Assembly: GCA_041652735.1 (NCBI GenBank)
Contig: JBAZGT010000003.1
Coordinates: forward strand, 49,485 to 113,484
Direction of reading: 5' to 3'
From: Dehalococcoidales bacterium
GTDB lineage: Bacteria; Chloroflexota; Dehalococcoidia; Dehalococcoidales; RBG-16-60-22
Length of the DNA: 64,000 nt
Shown: positions 33,466 through 41,940 of the stretch, in pieces
Numbering within the stretch: position 1 is the stretch's first letter
Layout of the letters: each line of letters opens with the position of its first letter
Notes under the pieces: model-generated
What the model saw: only the letters and a program-made list of their open reading frames with translations
The model's database searches: none
What the model was told of the DNA's origin: nothing
Made by a program: the position numbers and the translations under genes

Positions 33466-34434
33466 CTAGTTCTTACGCTTGACTATATAATCCGCAATGT
33501 CTGTGAGTGCCTGGCAACTTACACTGTTTGGTAATAGACCAAGATTCCGGCACGCTTTGGTACAATAACTCGCAGCAATGTCGTAACATTCTTGAATAAT
33601 CGGGGAAACGCGGATTGACTCCAAAACTCGCTCCTTCGTTTCCAGATCACCTCGGTTCTCAAAATACTTCTGTATCAGACTATCTTCAGGGTGATATTCA
33701 AGAATAAGTATTACCGGTAGGGTAAGAGTCCCCTGTGCCAAGTCTGAGCCTACCGGTTTGCCCAGTTTATCTTCAGTACTAAGAAAATCCAGGAGGTCGT
33801 CCACAATTTGGAAAGCCATACCCAGGTTATAGCCATACTCTCTCAGAATTTTAATCGACTGTTCTGGAGCTTGGCTCAAGATAGCCCCAGACTCTGTCGC
33901 AAGAACGAATAGAGAGGCGGTTTTTTTACAAATCCTGTCCAAATACTGCTCACGAGTTTGGTTTAGATTGAAGGTGTCAAAAGCCTGATTCATCTCGCCG
34001 ATAGACATCATCCCCAGTGTTTGAGAAAAGAGCTTTACCACGCGTAGATTCCCAGTACTTGCACAAAGCTCTCCTGCCTTAGCGAACAGATAATCTCCGA
34101 AGATAATCGCCTTGTTTTCTCCCCAGATATCATTTACAGTTGGGCGGCCGTGACGGACTGCCGATTTGTCGATGACATCATCATGAACCAGAGTCGCAGT
34201 ATGCAGTAGCTCAACCGATGTTGCCATCGGTACTAAATAACGGAGGTCATTGCTATAAAATTTCCCTGATAATAAGGTGAGGATGGGGCGAATTCGTTTT
34301 CCACCAATCCCTAGAGAATAGCCTAACAATTCTGATAGATGGCTGTCTTGAACCTCCCCGACCGATTTCAGGCTATCCTCTACTTTAGATAAGTCACTAT
34401 TAATCGAGTCTATTACCTTGCTAAGCGATAGCAC
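33466..34434 (-). CDS. polyprenyl diphosphate synthase (long-chain, IspB/HepT-like)
   Basis: 322 aa with both aspartate-rich motifs (LVHDDVID, IVDDLLD). The small residue (Ala) at -5 of the first motif suggests a long-chain product. Confidence 0.88.
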   Translation of the reverse strand: MLSLSKVIDSINSDLSKVEDSLKSVGEVQDSHLSELLGYSLGIGGKRIRPILTLLSGKFYSNDLRYLVPMATSVELLHTATLVHDDVIDKSAVRHGRPTVNDIWGENKAIIFGDYLFAKAGELCASTGNLRVVKLFSQTLGMMSIGEMNQAFDTFNLNQTREQYLDRICKKTASLFVLATESGAILSQAPEQSIKILREYGYNLGMAFQIVDDLLDFLSTEDKLGKPVGSDLAQGTLTLPVILILEYHPEDSLIQKYFENRGDLETKERVLESIRVSPIIQECYDIAASYCTKACRNLGLLPNSVSCQALTDIADYIVKRKN

Positions 34435-34473
34435 CTTGACCTCCTTGGTTTATTACTCATTTGAATTGTGATA

Positions 34474-35343
34474 TTACTCCTCATCCGCAAGCGCCAGGAG
34501 AGCCCGGGTAATCTCCGAGGTGGCTTCTTCCCGCCCACTCTCGCTAACCAAAAAAGGCTCACCGATTTTAATGGTGATCCGGTGCCATAGCCTGGGCAGC
34601 GGGAACCTGTTGTTCGGTAGAACCTTATCCGTTCCCTCAATCCAGATCGGTAAAACTCTGGCACCGGTATTTATCGCCAGCCAGGCGGCTCCGTGCTTCA
34701 GATTACCTATCTCCCTGCCGCCGGCACTTTTTAACCTACCCTTTTGTACGGTTTTAAATGTCCTGCCGCCTTCAGGGAAAATAAGAACCCTGCCGCCATC
34801 TTCCAGAATGCTCTTGAGTGCTGAAATGGAGCTGATTCTATCCTGCGGTCTCCCGTTCCTGTCAACAGGGACATTGATTCCCTGAAATAGTCTCCAGAAT
34901 CCGTAGTCAAAGAAGTTTTGTCTATCAGGCACGTTGGCCGGTATGAGCTTTTTCGGGAGGTTAAATTCCTTTCGCATCCGGCTGAACCACCTGAGAGAGA
35001 ACTTCAACCGGCCCCATTGCGAGGAAAATACCCAGGGGAAATTCATCCATGGGAACCCCATAAAAGGAAGAAGTACCGGCTCAAAGAGAGAAGGATGATT
35101 GGACACTATGATCAATTTTTCTTCCCAGATGGGGAACCGTTCGAAATGAACAAACCTTATCCTGCCGATAGCTTCGAGAAGACAAAAAAGCACTCCGACA
35201 ATCGGGCCGAATACATAGTTAACCAAAAGAAACCTGATTTCATTAATCAGATTACGAAGAAACTTCTTACTCTCTGACAGCCTGATGGGAAGATGCAAAA
35301 AGGCATTCCCGTATACCTCTGACCTGTGTTGTATCCCCATCAA
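34474..35343 (-). CDS. PlsC-type (lysophospholipid) acyltransferase
   Basis: 289 aa with the NHPSLFEP (NHxxxxD/E-type) and FPEGGRT acyltransferase motifs and an N-terminal TM segment. Confidence 0.8.
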   Translation of the reverse strand: MMGIQHRSEVYGNAFLHLPIRLSESKKFLRNLINEIRFLLVNYVFGPIVGVLFCLLEAIGRIRFVHFERFPIWEEKLIIVSNHPSLFEPVLLPFMGFPWMNFPWVFSSQWGRLKFSLRWFSRMRKEFNLPKKLIPANVPDRQNFFDYGFWRLFQGINVPVDRNGRPQDRISSISALKSILEDGGRVLIFPEGGRTFKTVQKGRLKSAGGREIGNLKHGAAWLAINTGARVLPIWIEGTDKVLPNNRFPLPRLWHRITIKIGEPFLVSESGREEATSEITRALLALADEE

Positions 35344-35529
35344 TCACATCCTATTGACAGCTTCGGTCGCCGTCTCCGTTGCTATGGCTGTTTTCCCTGC
35401 CAATAATCTCCTTGTTTTCTTCTCCAGCGTGGCTACATAGAGAACTCCGACAGCTAAACCTGCCGCGATACCAACGAGGATCCCGGTAATCAAATTATCC
35501 CTTGCAATTTCATTACAATCCATTTCCAC
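35344..35529 (-). CDS. small single-TM protein (YtxH-like?)
   Basis: 61 aa with GILVGIAAGLAVGVLYV as TM. The stop abuts the next gene's start. Confidence 0.4.
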   Translation of the reverse strand: MEMDCNEIARDNLITGILVGIAAGLAVGVLYVATLEKKTRRLLAGKTAIATETATEAVNRM

Positions 35530-35560
35530 CCTCTCTTGTTCAAGAAGAATGAGACCTGCC

Positions 35561-36931
35561 TTAACTTTTCAGTGATTCCTTTTCACCCACCTTTTTAGCA
35601 GCGAATTCACGCTCCCAGACCGGGTCCAGTACCCCGGCTGCATCACTTGAGTATTTATCCAGGTCATCGGCAAGTGAGGTGATAAATCCGCATTCCGGAC
35701 CATCGGTAGGATAAGGCTTACATTCAGCGCAGAGGCCCCGGAGCACTTGCGGATGGTCGATAATCATGCACGGACGGAGCAGATTCTCACCATACGGCTG
35801 GCGGGACCTGATAGCCTTGAAGTATGGGGAATTGATGGCCTCCTTCAGGCTCTTTTGCTTGATATTGTCCACAGCCATATGAACGAAAATGCATGGCTCG
35901 ACATCGCCGCTGGCATTGATATGAAAATAGTTTCGGCCTCCGGCGATGCAGCCGCCGACAACAGGCGCATCGTTCCAGAAGTCAACGACAAACATCGGTT
36001 TCTCGTTACGAATACGCTGCGCCCCGCGCTGTCTCATGAGTTCTCTCTGCTCGGCGGTCGGCATCAAGTTGACATCGGGGTTAAGGCCGACGGGGATGTA
36101 AAGGAAATGCCAGCCGATGAGGCAACCCTTTTCCACTAGCATATCGTTGAACTCGTCACTGATGATGGTTTCCATATTCCGGCGGGTAATCATCGAGGAA
36201 AAACCAAAGGGAACTCCCGCCTCCCTCAAGTCATCCATCGCCTGCATTACCCCCCGGAAAACCCCCTTGCCCCGCCGGGCATCCGTCTCCTCCTCGAATC
36301 CGTCCAGGCTGAAAATAACCAGCACGTTGCCCGTTTCCGCCAGCTTGCGGGCCGTTTCCTTGTTTACCAGGGTGCCGTTGGTAAATACCTGGAAAAGGAC
36401 ATCCTGGTGACGCCGGTAAATCTCCCACATGTGCCAGTGAACGAACGGCTCGCCGCCGAGGATGGTTACCCAGAACATCCCCATCTCCTTACCCTCGGTT
36501 ATTACCCGGTCGATGACCTCAATCTCCAGGTCATCCTTCTGGCTGTAGTTAGCGGCATAACAGCCGGGACAGTGTAAATTGCAGCGCATGGTAGGGCTGA
36601 TAAGGTAAACCTGGGGGGCCGCCAGTCCCTGACCGCGAAGTTGGTCACGTATCACGTTACCCTGCATGAGTTCTTTAATCAAAAGGCTGTTTATTAACCT
36701 CTTCCTGACATTCGGGCTGGTCTGGCGGATCATCTTTCTTATCATTTCAATGGTCGGGTGTTGCTCACGGCGCATCCTGTCCAGAGCATCCAGGAACGAC
36801 CTGGTATAGTCAGTAGGTGCCAGCTTTCTTGCTACCAACAGCAACCGCCCCAGGTCCTTGTCAGACATGCCGACTACCCAGGGTAAAATCATGTCCGCCG
36901 TCTTTTTCGCCGCAAATTCTTTTAATGCCAT
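35561..36931 (-). CDS. radical SAM enzyme with C-terminal SPASM/twitch-like domain and N-terminal helical extension of about 110 aa
   Basis: 456 aa with the CNLHCPGC (CX3CX2C) motif after residue ~115, and a later GGCIAGGRNYFHINASGDVEPC auxiliary-cluster-type motif. Confidence 0.85.
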   Translation of the reverse strand: MALKEFAAKKTADMILPWVVGMSDKDLGRLLLVARKLAPTDYTRSFLDALDRMRREQHPTIEMIRKMIRQTSPNVRKRLINSLLIKELMQGNVIRDQLRGQGLAAPQVYLISPTMRCNLHCPGCYAANYSQKDDLEIEVIDRVITEGKEMGMFWVTILGGEPFVHWHMWEIYRRHQDVLFQVFTNGTLVNKETARKLAETGNVLVIFSLDGFEEETDARRGKGVFRGVMQAMDDLREAGVPFGFSSMITRRNMETIISDEFNDMLVEKGCLIGWHFLYIPVGLNPDVNLMPTAEQRELMRQRGAQRIRNEKPMFVVDFWNDAPVVGGCIAGGRNYFHINASGDVEPCIFVHMAVDNIKQKSLKEAINSPYFKAIRSRQPYGENLLRPCMIIDHPQVLRGLCAECKPYPTDGPECGFITSLADDLDKYSSDAAGVLDPVWEREFAAKKVGEKESLKS

Positions 36932-36987
36932 TCGAGACTCCTTTTAAAATATTTATCTGGCTTAACCTGAATAATACGATAGCTTAC

Positions 36988-37617
36988 TCACGCTCCGAGC
37001 CCTAATCTGTAGAAAATCGAACTGCTGACCACCAGCCCAATCAAAAAGCCGGTAACCATCTGTGCCGGCGTATGTTCGCCAAGCTGGTACCGGGAAAATC
37101 CTAAAACAGGCAGCAAGATGAAGGTTGTCAGGTAAACCGGACCGAAGAGAAACCACAGCGCCGTTAACATAGTGGTAACCATTGACAGGTGAAAGCTTGC
37201 CCGGTATTTCAGGTTTACCAGGGCTATTACTAACATAACCGCGGTACATCCCAGCATAATAGCCGACAAATTGTCAGGACCATTGAAGAAGTGAAGAATT
37301 AAGATTGATGGAACACCGAAAAGACCCGTCATGATTAAGAGTTGTTCCGGTTCATTACGCACAAGGGAACGGGAAACCTTATGCGGTATGCCGCCTCGGG
37401 ATAACATTACAGCTCTGGCTTTAGTGTAAAGAAACGGGAACATAACTGCCGGCAAATAGGCTGCCGGAGTCCATTTAATACACTCAAGAGAGTTGCCGGT
37501 TGCCTGGTAAGCCGCCGAAGCTAATACCGGAACCAGAACTACCCATGGGTGAAAGATGTTTGAAACCAGCTTGAATCTTTTCAGGGCTATATTGCTACTT
37601 GCTGCTATAATATTCAT
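36988..37617 (-). CDS. polytopic membrane protein, degenerate PAP2 (phosphatidic acid phosphatase-type) fold
   Basis: 209 aa, about 6 TM. SFHLS and SRYQLGEHTPAQ resemble PAP2 motifs C2/C3 (PSGH, SRxxxxxHxxxD) with substitutions. Confidence 0.45.
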   Translation of the reverse strand: MNIIAASSNIALKRFKLVSNIFHPWVVLVPVLASAAYQATGNSLECIKWTPAAYLPAVMFPFLYTKARAVMLSRGGIPHKVSRSLVRNEPEQLLIMTGLFGVPSILILHFFNGPDNLSAIMLGCTAVMLVIALVNLKYRASFHLSMVTTMLTALWFLFGPVYLTTFILLPVLGFSRYQLGEHTPAQMVTGFLIGLVVSSSIFYRLGLGA

Positions 37618-37638
37618 CCTTGGTCTTTCTGATGTTTA

Positions 37639-37902
37639 TTATGAAATATTGAATCTATCCGTTGGCAATTGTTTCAGAATTTGGGGCAAAAGCGAATTCA
37701 TCAATTTGACTTTGTCGTCGTCATCCAGGCCGGCCAAGAGATTTACTATTTGCTTATCGACCGTATTTTGGATAAAACTTAGCCTCTCCTCTTTAGTCAT
37801 AGTGCTGAGCATCCGTTCCATAGCACTATTCATAAGCTGCTCAAGTTCATCTTTGCTTAAAGTCTGCAGCGCTTGCTGCGCCATGCGGCTGAAGAGTCCC
37901 AT
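37639..37902 (-). CDS. hypothetical small helical protein
   Basis: 87 aa, acidic, no motif. Tightly packed between the ArsA and PAP2-like genes. Confidence 0.4.
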   Translation of the reverse strand: MGLFSRMAQQALQTLSKDELEQLMNSAMERMLSTMTKEERLSFIQNTVDKQIVNLLAGLDDDDKVKLMNSLLPQILKQLPTDRFNIS

Positions 37903-37906
37903 AGTC

Positions 37907-39100
37907 TTACTCCCCTTGTAAATGGTTATTTACAGCTTCTCCAAACCTGATACGAAGATGTCCGTCATCCAATTTCGCACCCTTAAGTTCACAGGCCAGG
38001 AGGGTTTGTGGCAAAAGGATACTGTGTCGCTGGCTGCCTATCGTGGCGACAAGCTCATCCCCGTTTCTCATCAAGGACACATCCCCCTTGGTCACAAAAG
38101 GCAATGGCATGGTAAGCACATAGCCTCCATCTTCCCGGTCGATGCTCATCGTTTTTCCCTCAAAAAGAATGCGGGTAGGGTCGTCTTCGCCGTACAGGTG
38201 GCGGCCTATTTCCTCCAACGCTTCTATGCCAACCACCTCGTTTTTTAGAAGTGGCACCCTGAGGATAGGGAGCGGCGAGAAACGCTCTTCGATGAAGCGC
38301 AGGTACTCAGCCTGAGATTCTTTCCATTTCTCCCAGTAACTGCCGTCGGCATCCTGCGGGATAAGACGGTTACAGATGACGGCGTCCGTAGGGTATCCGT
38401 ACAGGTTTAGATAGGTGTAGGTGCGTTGAGCCTCCTTAATTACCATCTTCTCCGCGTTCATGACCAGACGTATCGTCGTAACTTTTGGATTAGTCAAAAG
38501 CGAGCGTAACCCTTGAAGCTGTTTGAATAGCTCGTCTATCGTTGTGAAGATATCCTGATCAGGCAAAGGCATATCGGTAAAGCGATGGATTATGGGAGAG
38601 GTCACCGGTATGAGTTTGCGCCCCACCGGCAATAGCTTGTTAATCCACCACTGCATCACTTCGGGAAAGGTGAGCAGCCGGAGCGATTCACCCGTGGGAG
38701 CGCAGTCAACCACGATGACATCATAGTCACCCTGCCGCTCATAGTTATAGACCCAGAGAAGATCGGCCAGTTCCTCTATCCCGGGCAGGACGGCAATCTC
38801 CTCCGCCACGATTTCATCAACGCCACGCCAGGCCATCAGCGCCGTCAGATATCTTTTAACCGTGCCCCAGTGTTTTTCTATGTTGTAGAGGACATCGGAT
38901 TCCTGTGCCCACAGATTGGCAGAAATCTGAAGTGGCTCCGGCCCGAGCTGGCGGTCCAGGCTGTCACCCAGGCTATGAGCGGCATCCGTGCTCATAATCA
39001 CCGTCTTGTATCCGTGTCTCGCCGCACATACGGCGGTAGCAGCGGCTACGGTGGTCTTACCGACACCGCCCTTACCTGTAAATAGCAGGACTCGACTCAT
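37907..39100 (-). CDS. ArsA/GET3-family ATPase with C-terminal HSP20-like (ArsA_HSP20) domain
   Basis: ATG 39100 follows GGGAGG. Has the deviant Walker A FTGKGGVGKTT, DTDAAHSL and DCAPTG. The C-terminus DGGYVLTMPLPFVTKGDVSLMRNGDELV...LDDGHLRIRF is alpha-crystallin-like. Confidence 0.85.
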   Translation of the reverse strand: MSRVLLFTGKGGVGKTTVAAATAVCAARHGYKTVIMSTDAAHSLGDSLDRQLGPEPLQISANLWAQESDVLYNIEKHWGTVKRYLTALMAWRGVDEIVAEEIAVLPGIEELADLLWVYNYERQGDYDVIVVDCAPTGESLRLLTFPEVMQWWINKLLPVGRKLIPVTSPIIHRFTDMPLPDQDIFTTIDELFKQLQGLRSLLTNPKVTTIRLVMNAEKMVIKEAQRTYTYLNLYGYPTDAVICNRLIPQDADGSYWEKWKESQAEYLRFIEERFSPLPILRVPLLKNEVVGIEALEEIGRHLYGEDDPTRILFEGKTMSIDREDGGYVLTMPLPFVTKGDVSLMRNGDELVATIGSQRHSILLPQTLLACELKGAKLDDGHLRIRFGEAVNNHLQGE

Positions 39101-39128
39101 ACAACCTCCCATTTCCATCAATATCCAT

Positions 39129-39143
39129 AAGAAACCAAAATAT
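39129..39143 (-). promoter_or_regulatory. 15-mer ATATTTTGGTTTCTT (minus strand), copy 1, upstream of the ArsA gene
   Basis: Identical 15-mer at 41873-41887. Lies 29-43 nt upstream of the ArsA ATG. Confidence 0.4.
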
Positions 39144-39156
39144 TAATGTAAAAAAA

Positions 39157-39867
39157 TTAACGTGTTGTTGTTTTCAGAATATTCCAGACGTCACGGGTAA
39201 ACCGGTGCAGCTTTAATAAACTATCACGGCTTAAATCCTGTAACGATGCCTCGTATTTCTCGGCATATTCCTGATAAATACCCAGCAACTGCTGTGCCCT
39301 GTGGTCAGCTTGTGATAATCCCAGGATAAGCCCGGCAAGTATACTCATACGCAGCTTGCTGGCCGGTGCTTTCAAGATATTATCCACCGAGCCTTGCTCA
39401 GTGATCTCCTGCCTGGCTTCTCTGAGGTTCAGCAATAGAGCCGTCATAACTTCGGCGCATTGCACCAGCGATGACCGCGGTTCTGGCATTTTAGCCAGTA
39501 ATTCATTCAGGATGTCCTGATAATCGCCAGCCTTTCCTCTGCTCAGGTTCGTCAGAATGCGGGCTTTGACATCATCCCATTCATCTTGTTCCCTGATGTC
39601 ACCGGCCAGGTGGGAGAAAAGCTCCAGGGTTTCGGCAGTCGGCACGAAACGGATATTCGACCGTCCGGGGCCGGCAGTCTCCTTCGGGGTCTCGTACTCT
39701 GAAATTATCATTCCTTTTTGCTCCAGGAGCCTCAGCATGTCATAAGCAGTGGAATTATTCAGTCCTAATCTTTTGGCAATGACGCTGTAGTGAACAGGTT
39801 CCTGCATCTCCCGATAAACGTCGAGAAGTTTGCTGAGAAAAGCCTTCTGTCTAAACGTAAGTTCCAT
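39157..39867 (-). CDS. winged-HTH (MarR/DtxR-like N-domain) transcriptional regulator with unknown C-terminal domain
   Basis: MELTFRQKAFLSKLLDVYREMQEPVHYSVIAKRLGLNNSTAYDMLRLLEQKGMI. Start chosen at ATG 39867. Confidence 0.65.
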   Translation of the reverse strand: MELTFRQKAFLSKLLDVYREMQEPVHYSVIAKRLGLNNSTAYDMLRLLEQKGMIISEYETPKETAGPGRSNIRFVPTAETLELFSHLAGDIREQDEWDDVKARILTNLSRGKAGDYQDILNELLAKMPEPRSSLVQCAEVMTALLLNLREARQEITEQGSVDNILKAPASKLRMSILAGLILGLSQADHRAQQLLGIYQEYAEKYEASLQDLSRDSLLKLHRFTRDVWNILKTTTR

Positions 39868-39930
39868 AATTTTAATCACCCCCCGCTCAACTATGCCCAT
39901 TATACAATGGACATCCGGTATAGCGGAAAA

Positions 39931-40773
39931 TCAGTCGGACAGCAGTTGTTTTATCTCCGGCATAAAAGCCTTAGCGGCCAGTTCCCCCTGGAAAATGCAC
40001 TCGCGGGCGCTCTTGAAATCACTGAAGCCAATGTCGGCTACGCCGGGTTTAATGACTACGTCAGCTCCAGCGATACCGTGTTTCAGTGCCTGATAGGAAG
40101 TAATATTAACGAATTGCATCATGATATTGATGATATTAGGCTCTTTTACCTTTCCGCTATGCTTCTGCATGTCTGCTGCCGGTTGAGTCTTTTTGACTCT
40201 ATCGACAGGCTTTACAACTACATTTGAAGCTATAATGAAATCGGCGCCCATACCCTTGAGCACGCTAACCGGCACAGGGTTTACAATACCGCCGTCTACC
40301 AGATAGCTGCCGTGCCATTTGGCTGCTCTGAAAATAACCGGCAGGGACATGCTGGCGATGACTGCTTCCAGTACCGGGCCATGCTTGATTACCACCTCTT
40401 CACCGGAGAGGATATCCGTGGCTACGCAGGCAAAGGGTATCCGCAGGTCGGCAAAGTCCAACTCACCGATTATTTCCTTTAAGCGGGCCTTTATTTTCCG
40501 CCCGCTGAGAAGTCCGGCCTTAGGTGATGTGAGAGCAACCATCCCGGCCATTTCCATCCATCCTAGGTCCAGGACTGCTTCCTTCATCTCGGCGGCATTC
40601 TTACCCTGAGCGTACATGGCGCCGATAATGGCGCCCATGCTCGTGCCGGCAATCATGTTTATGGGGATTTCTTCTTTCTCCAGGATTTCCAGCACGCCGA
40701 TATGAGCCAAGCCGCGGGCAGCGCCGCTGCTAAGCGCCAGACCGACTTTCCTGTCAGAAAATGAGCTTCGCAA
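39931..40773 (-). CDS. patatin-like phospholipase (RssA/YlbK-like)
   Basis: 280 aa with oxyanion GAARG, nucleophile GTSMG, and catalytic DGG. Confidence 0.85.
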   Translation of the reverse strand: MRSSFSDRKVGLALSSGAARGLAHIGVLEILEKEEIPINMIAGTSMGAIIGAMYAQGKNAAEMKEAVLDLGWMEMAGMVALTSPKAGLLSGRKIKARLKEIIGELDFADLRIPFACVATDILSGEEVVIKHGPVLEAVIASMSLPVIFRAAKWHGSYLVDGGIVNPVPVSVLKGMGADFIIASNVVVKPVDRVKKTQPAADMQKHSGKVKEPNIINIMMQFVNITSYQALKHGIAGADVVIKPGVADIGFSDFKSARECIFQGELAAKAFMPEIKQLLSD

Positions 40774-40798
40774 TAAAATAATTCCTCTCTACCGGTTC

Positions 40799-41005
40799 TT
40801 ATCCCTTGTCCTTTTCTTCCGCAACATTGATCGCCTTGTCAATAAGGCTTCGCACGGCAAGAAGGACTTCCTTTCTAGCTTCTTTCAGGTGACCTCCCGT
40901 CAAGTCGGAGGGAAGCTTTATCTGTGGCGCCTTGAATCTGAGAACATATTCCCCCCCATCCTCATGCTCAAACTCCAGTCCCTGCTCCAATTTCATTTTT
41001 GCCAT
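40799..41005 (-). CDS. small protein S1 (paralogue of 41600-41821)
   Basis: 68 aa, RBS GAGGAGG. Shares (E/D)GG.E..(L)RF...LP....HL..A..EVLLA with S2. Confidence 0.5.
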   Translation of the reverse strand: MAKMKLEQGLEFEHEDGGEYVLRFKAPQIKLPSDLTGGHLKEARKEVLLAVRSLIDKAINVAEEKDKG

Positions 41006-41303
41006 TTCCGGCCTCCTCTGTTTTAATTGCTGTTATTGCTCGTTCTGGCGGCGCACAGGCCTTTCCCTTACAGACCAACTCCCAGTCTTCGCTTAACAAG
41101 CTGTGACGCTGAACTTTGGCAGGTTTACCCTCAATTTTAAAAGACTTTTTTACCAGCACGCCCATACTAGACGAACTTTTAGAGTCAACGATATTACCAT
41201 CAACTAAGACTTCACCACTTTCTATCCCGGCTTTATATCTAACAAAATGGTCTTTCCCATCTATTTTTATCCGCCAAATCATCTCATTCACGCTTGATAG
41301 CAC
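40968..41303 (-). CDS. hypothetical protein (111 aa)
   Basis: Beta-rich N-part (WRIKIDGKDHFVRYKAG..GEVLVDGNIV). The 3' end overlaps S1 by 38 nt, so the true stop or extent is uncertain. Confidence 0.4.
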   Translation of the reverse strand: MLSSVNEMIWRIKIDGKDHFVRYKAGIESGEVLVDGNIVDSKSSSSMGVLVKKSFKIEGKPAKVQRHSLLSEDWELVCKGKACAPPERAITAIKTEEAGNGKNEIGAGTGV

Positions 41304-41327
41304 CTCCTCATTAATGAAATGCGGTGG

Positions 41328-41603
41328 CTATTCCATGGCGTCACTGAATGCCTTTTGAGCCTCATCCATAACCTTGTCACGCACTTTTCTTGCCTGTTCT
41401 AATGTTTCCTTGTATTTTATATCGGTTTCTTCCTTAGCTCGCTTATCGGCGGCTTGTTCAATCGCCTTCTTATGGGCTACGTCCGCTTGTTCTTTAGTAT
41501 CCTTGTTTACCCTGAAGGCCCGAAGAATGGTCTCTTCATATGCTTTTCTGGCTTTATCTTGAGCTCCGGTATTGGCACTAGACGCTCTTTCTTTCGGCTT
41601 CAT
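41328..41603 (-). CDS. small Lys/Glu-rich coiled-coil protein (phasin/apolipoprotein-like composition)
   Basis: 91 aa, KARKAYEETILRAF...KKAIEQAADKRAKEETDIKYKETLEQARKVRDKVMDEAQKAF. Composition-based call only. Confidence 0.45.
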   Translation of the reverse strand: MKPKERASSANTGAQDKARKAYEETILRAFRVNKDTKEQADVAHKKAIEQAADKRAKEETDIKYKETLEQARKVRDKVMDEAQKAFSDAME

Positions 41604-41821
41604 GCTTCCTCTATATCGATTTTCGTCCTTACCTTCTCTTGTGTCTGCCCAGTTCCCGGACCAGCTAATTGCTCCAGCGCCAGTAATACTTCCTCTCCGG
41701 CACGGGCAAGATGCTCCGTAAACCCGCGAGGAAGGCTTCCACCGTGCCTAAAACGGATTTCAATTCCACCCTCGGTATCACAGGTTACTTCACAGTTTAG
41801 CTTGAGAATACTATCGCCCAT
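41600..41821 (-). CDS. small protein S2 (paralogue of 40799-41005)
   Basis: 73 aa, first gene of the minus-strand cluster. Overlaps the next gene by 4 nt (ATGA-type coupling). Confidence 0.5.
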   Translation of the reverse strand: MGDSILKLNCEVTCDTEGGIEIRFRHGGSLPRGFTEHLARAGEEVLLALEQLAGPGTGQTQEKVRTKIDIEEA

Positions 41822-41872
41822 TTCTCAACACACTCCAGCGTTAAAAGAAACATATACCATCATAATATTCCA

Positions 41873-41916
41873 AAGAAACCAAAATATATGATATACTACC
41901 GTTAAATGGTTGTCAA
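41873..41916 (-). promoter_or_regulatory. promoter (TTGACA-17-TATCAT) plus 15-mer ATATTTTGGTTTCTT, copy 2
   Basis: On the minus strand: -35 at 41911-41916, -10 at 41888-41893, and the 15-mer immediately downstream (41873-41887), 52 nt before the S2 ATG. Confidence 0.45.
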
Positions 41917-41940
41917 GTTGTCGGTACGCCAGATGAAAAA

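Noticed and set aside
33466-34434. Linking the polyprenyl synthase to retinal/carotenoid supply for the heliorhodopsin at 60 kb.
   Set aside because: The chain-length determinant region suggests a long-chain (quinone-type) product. The genes are 26 kb apart in compositionally different DNA, and no crt or blh genes are present.
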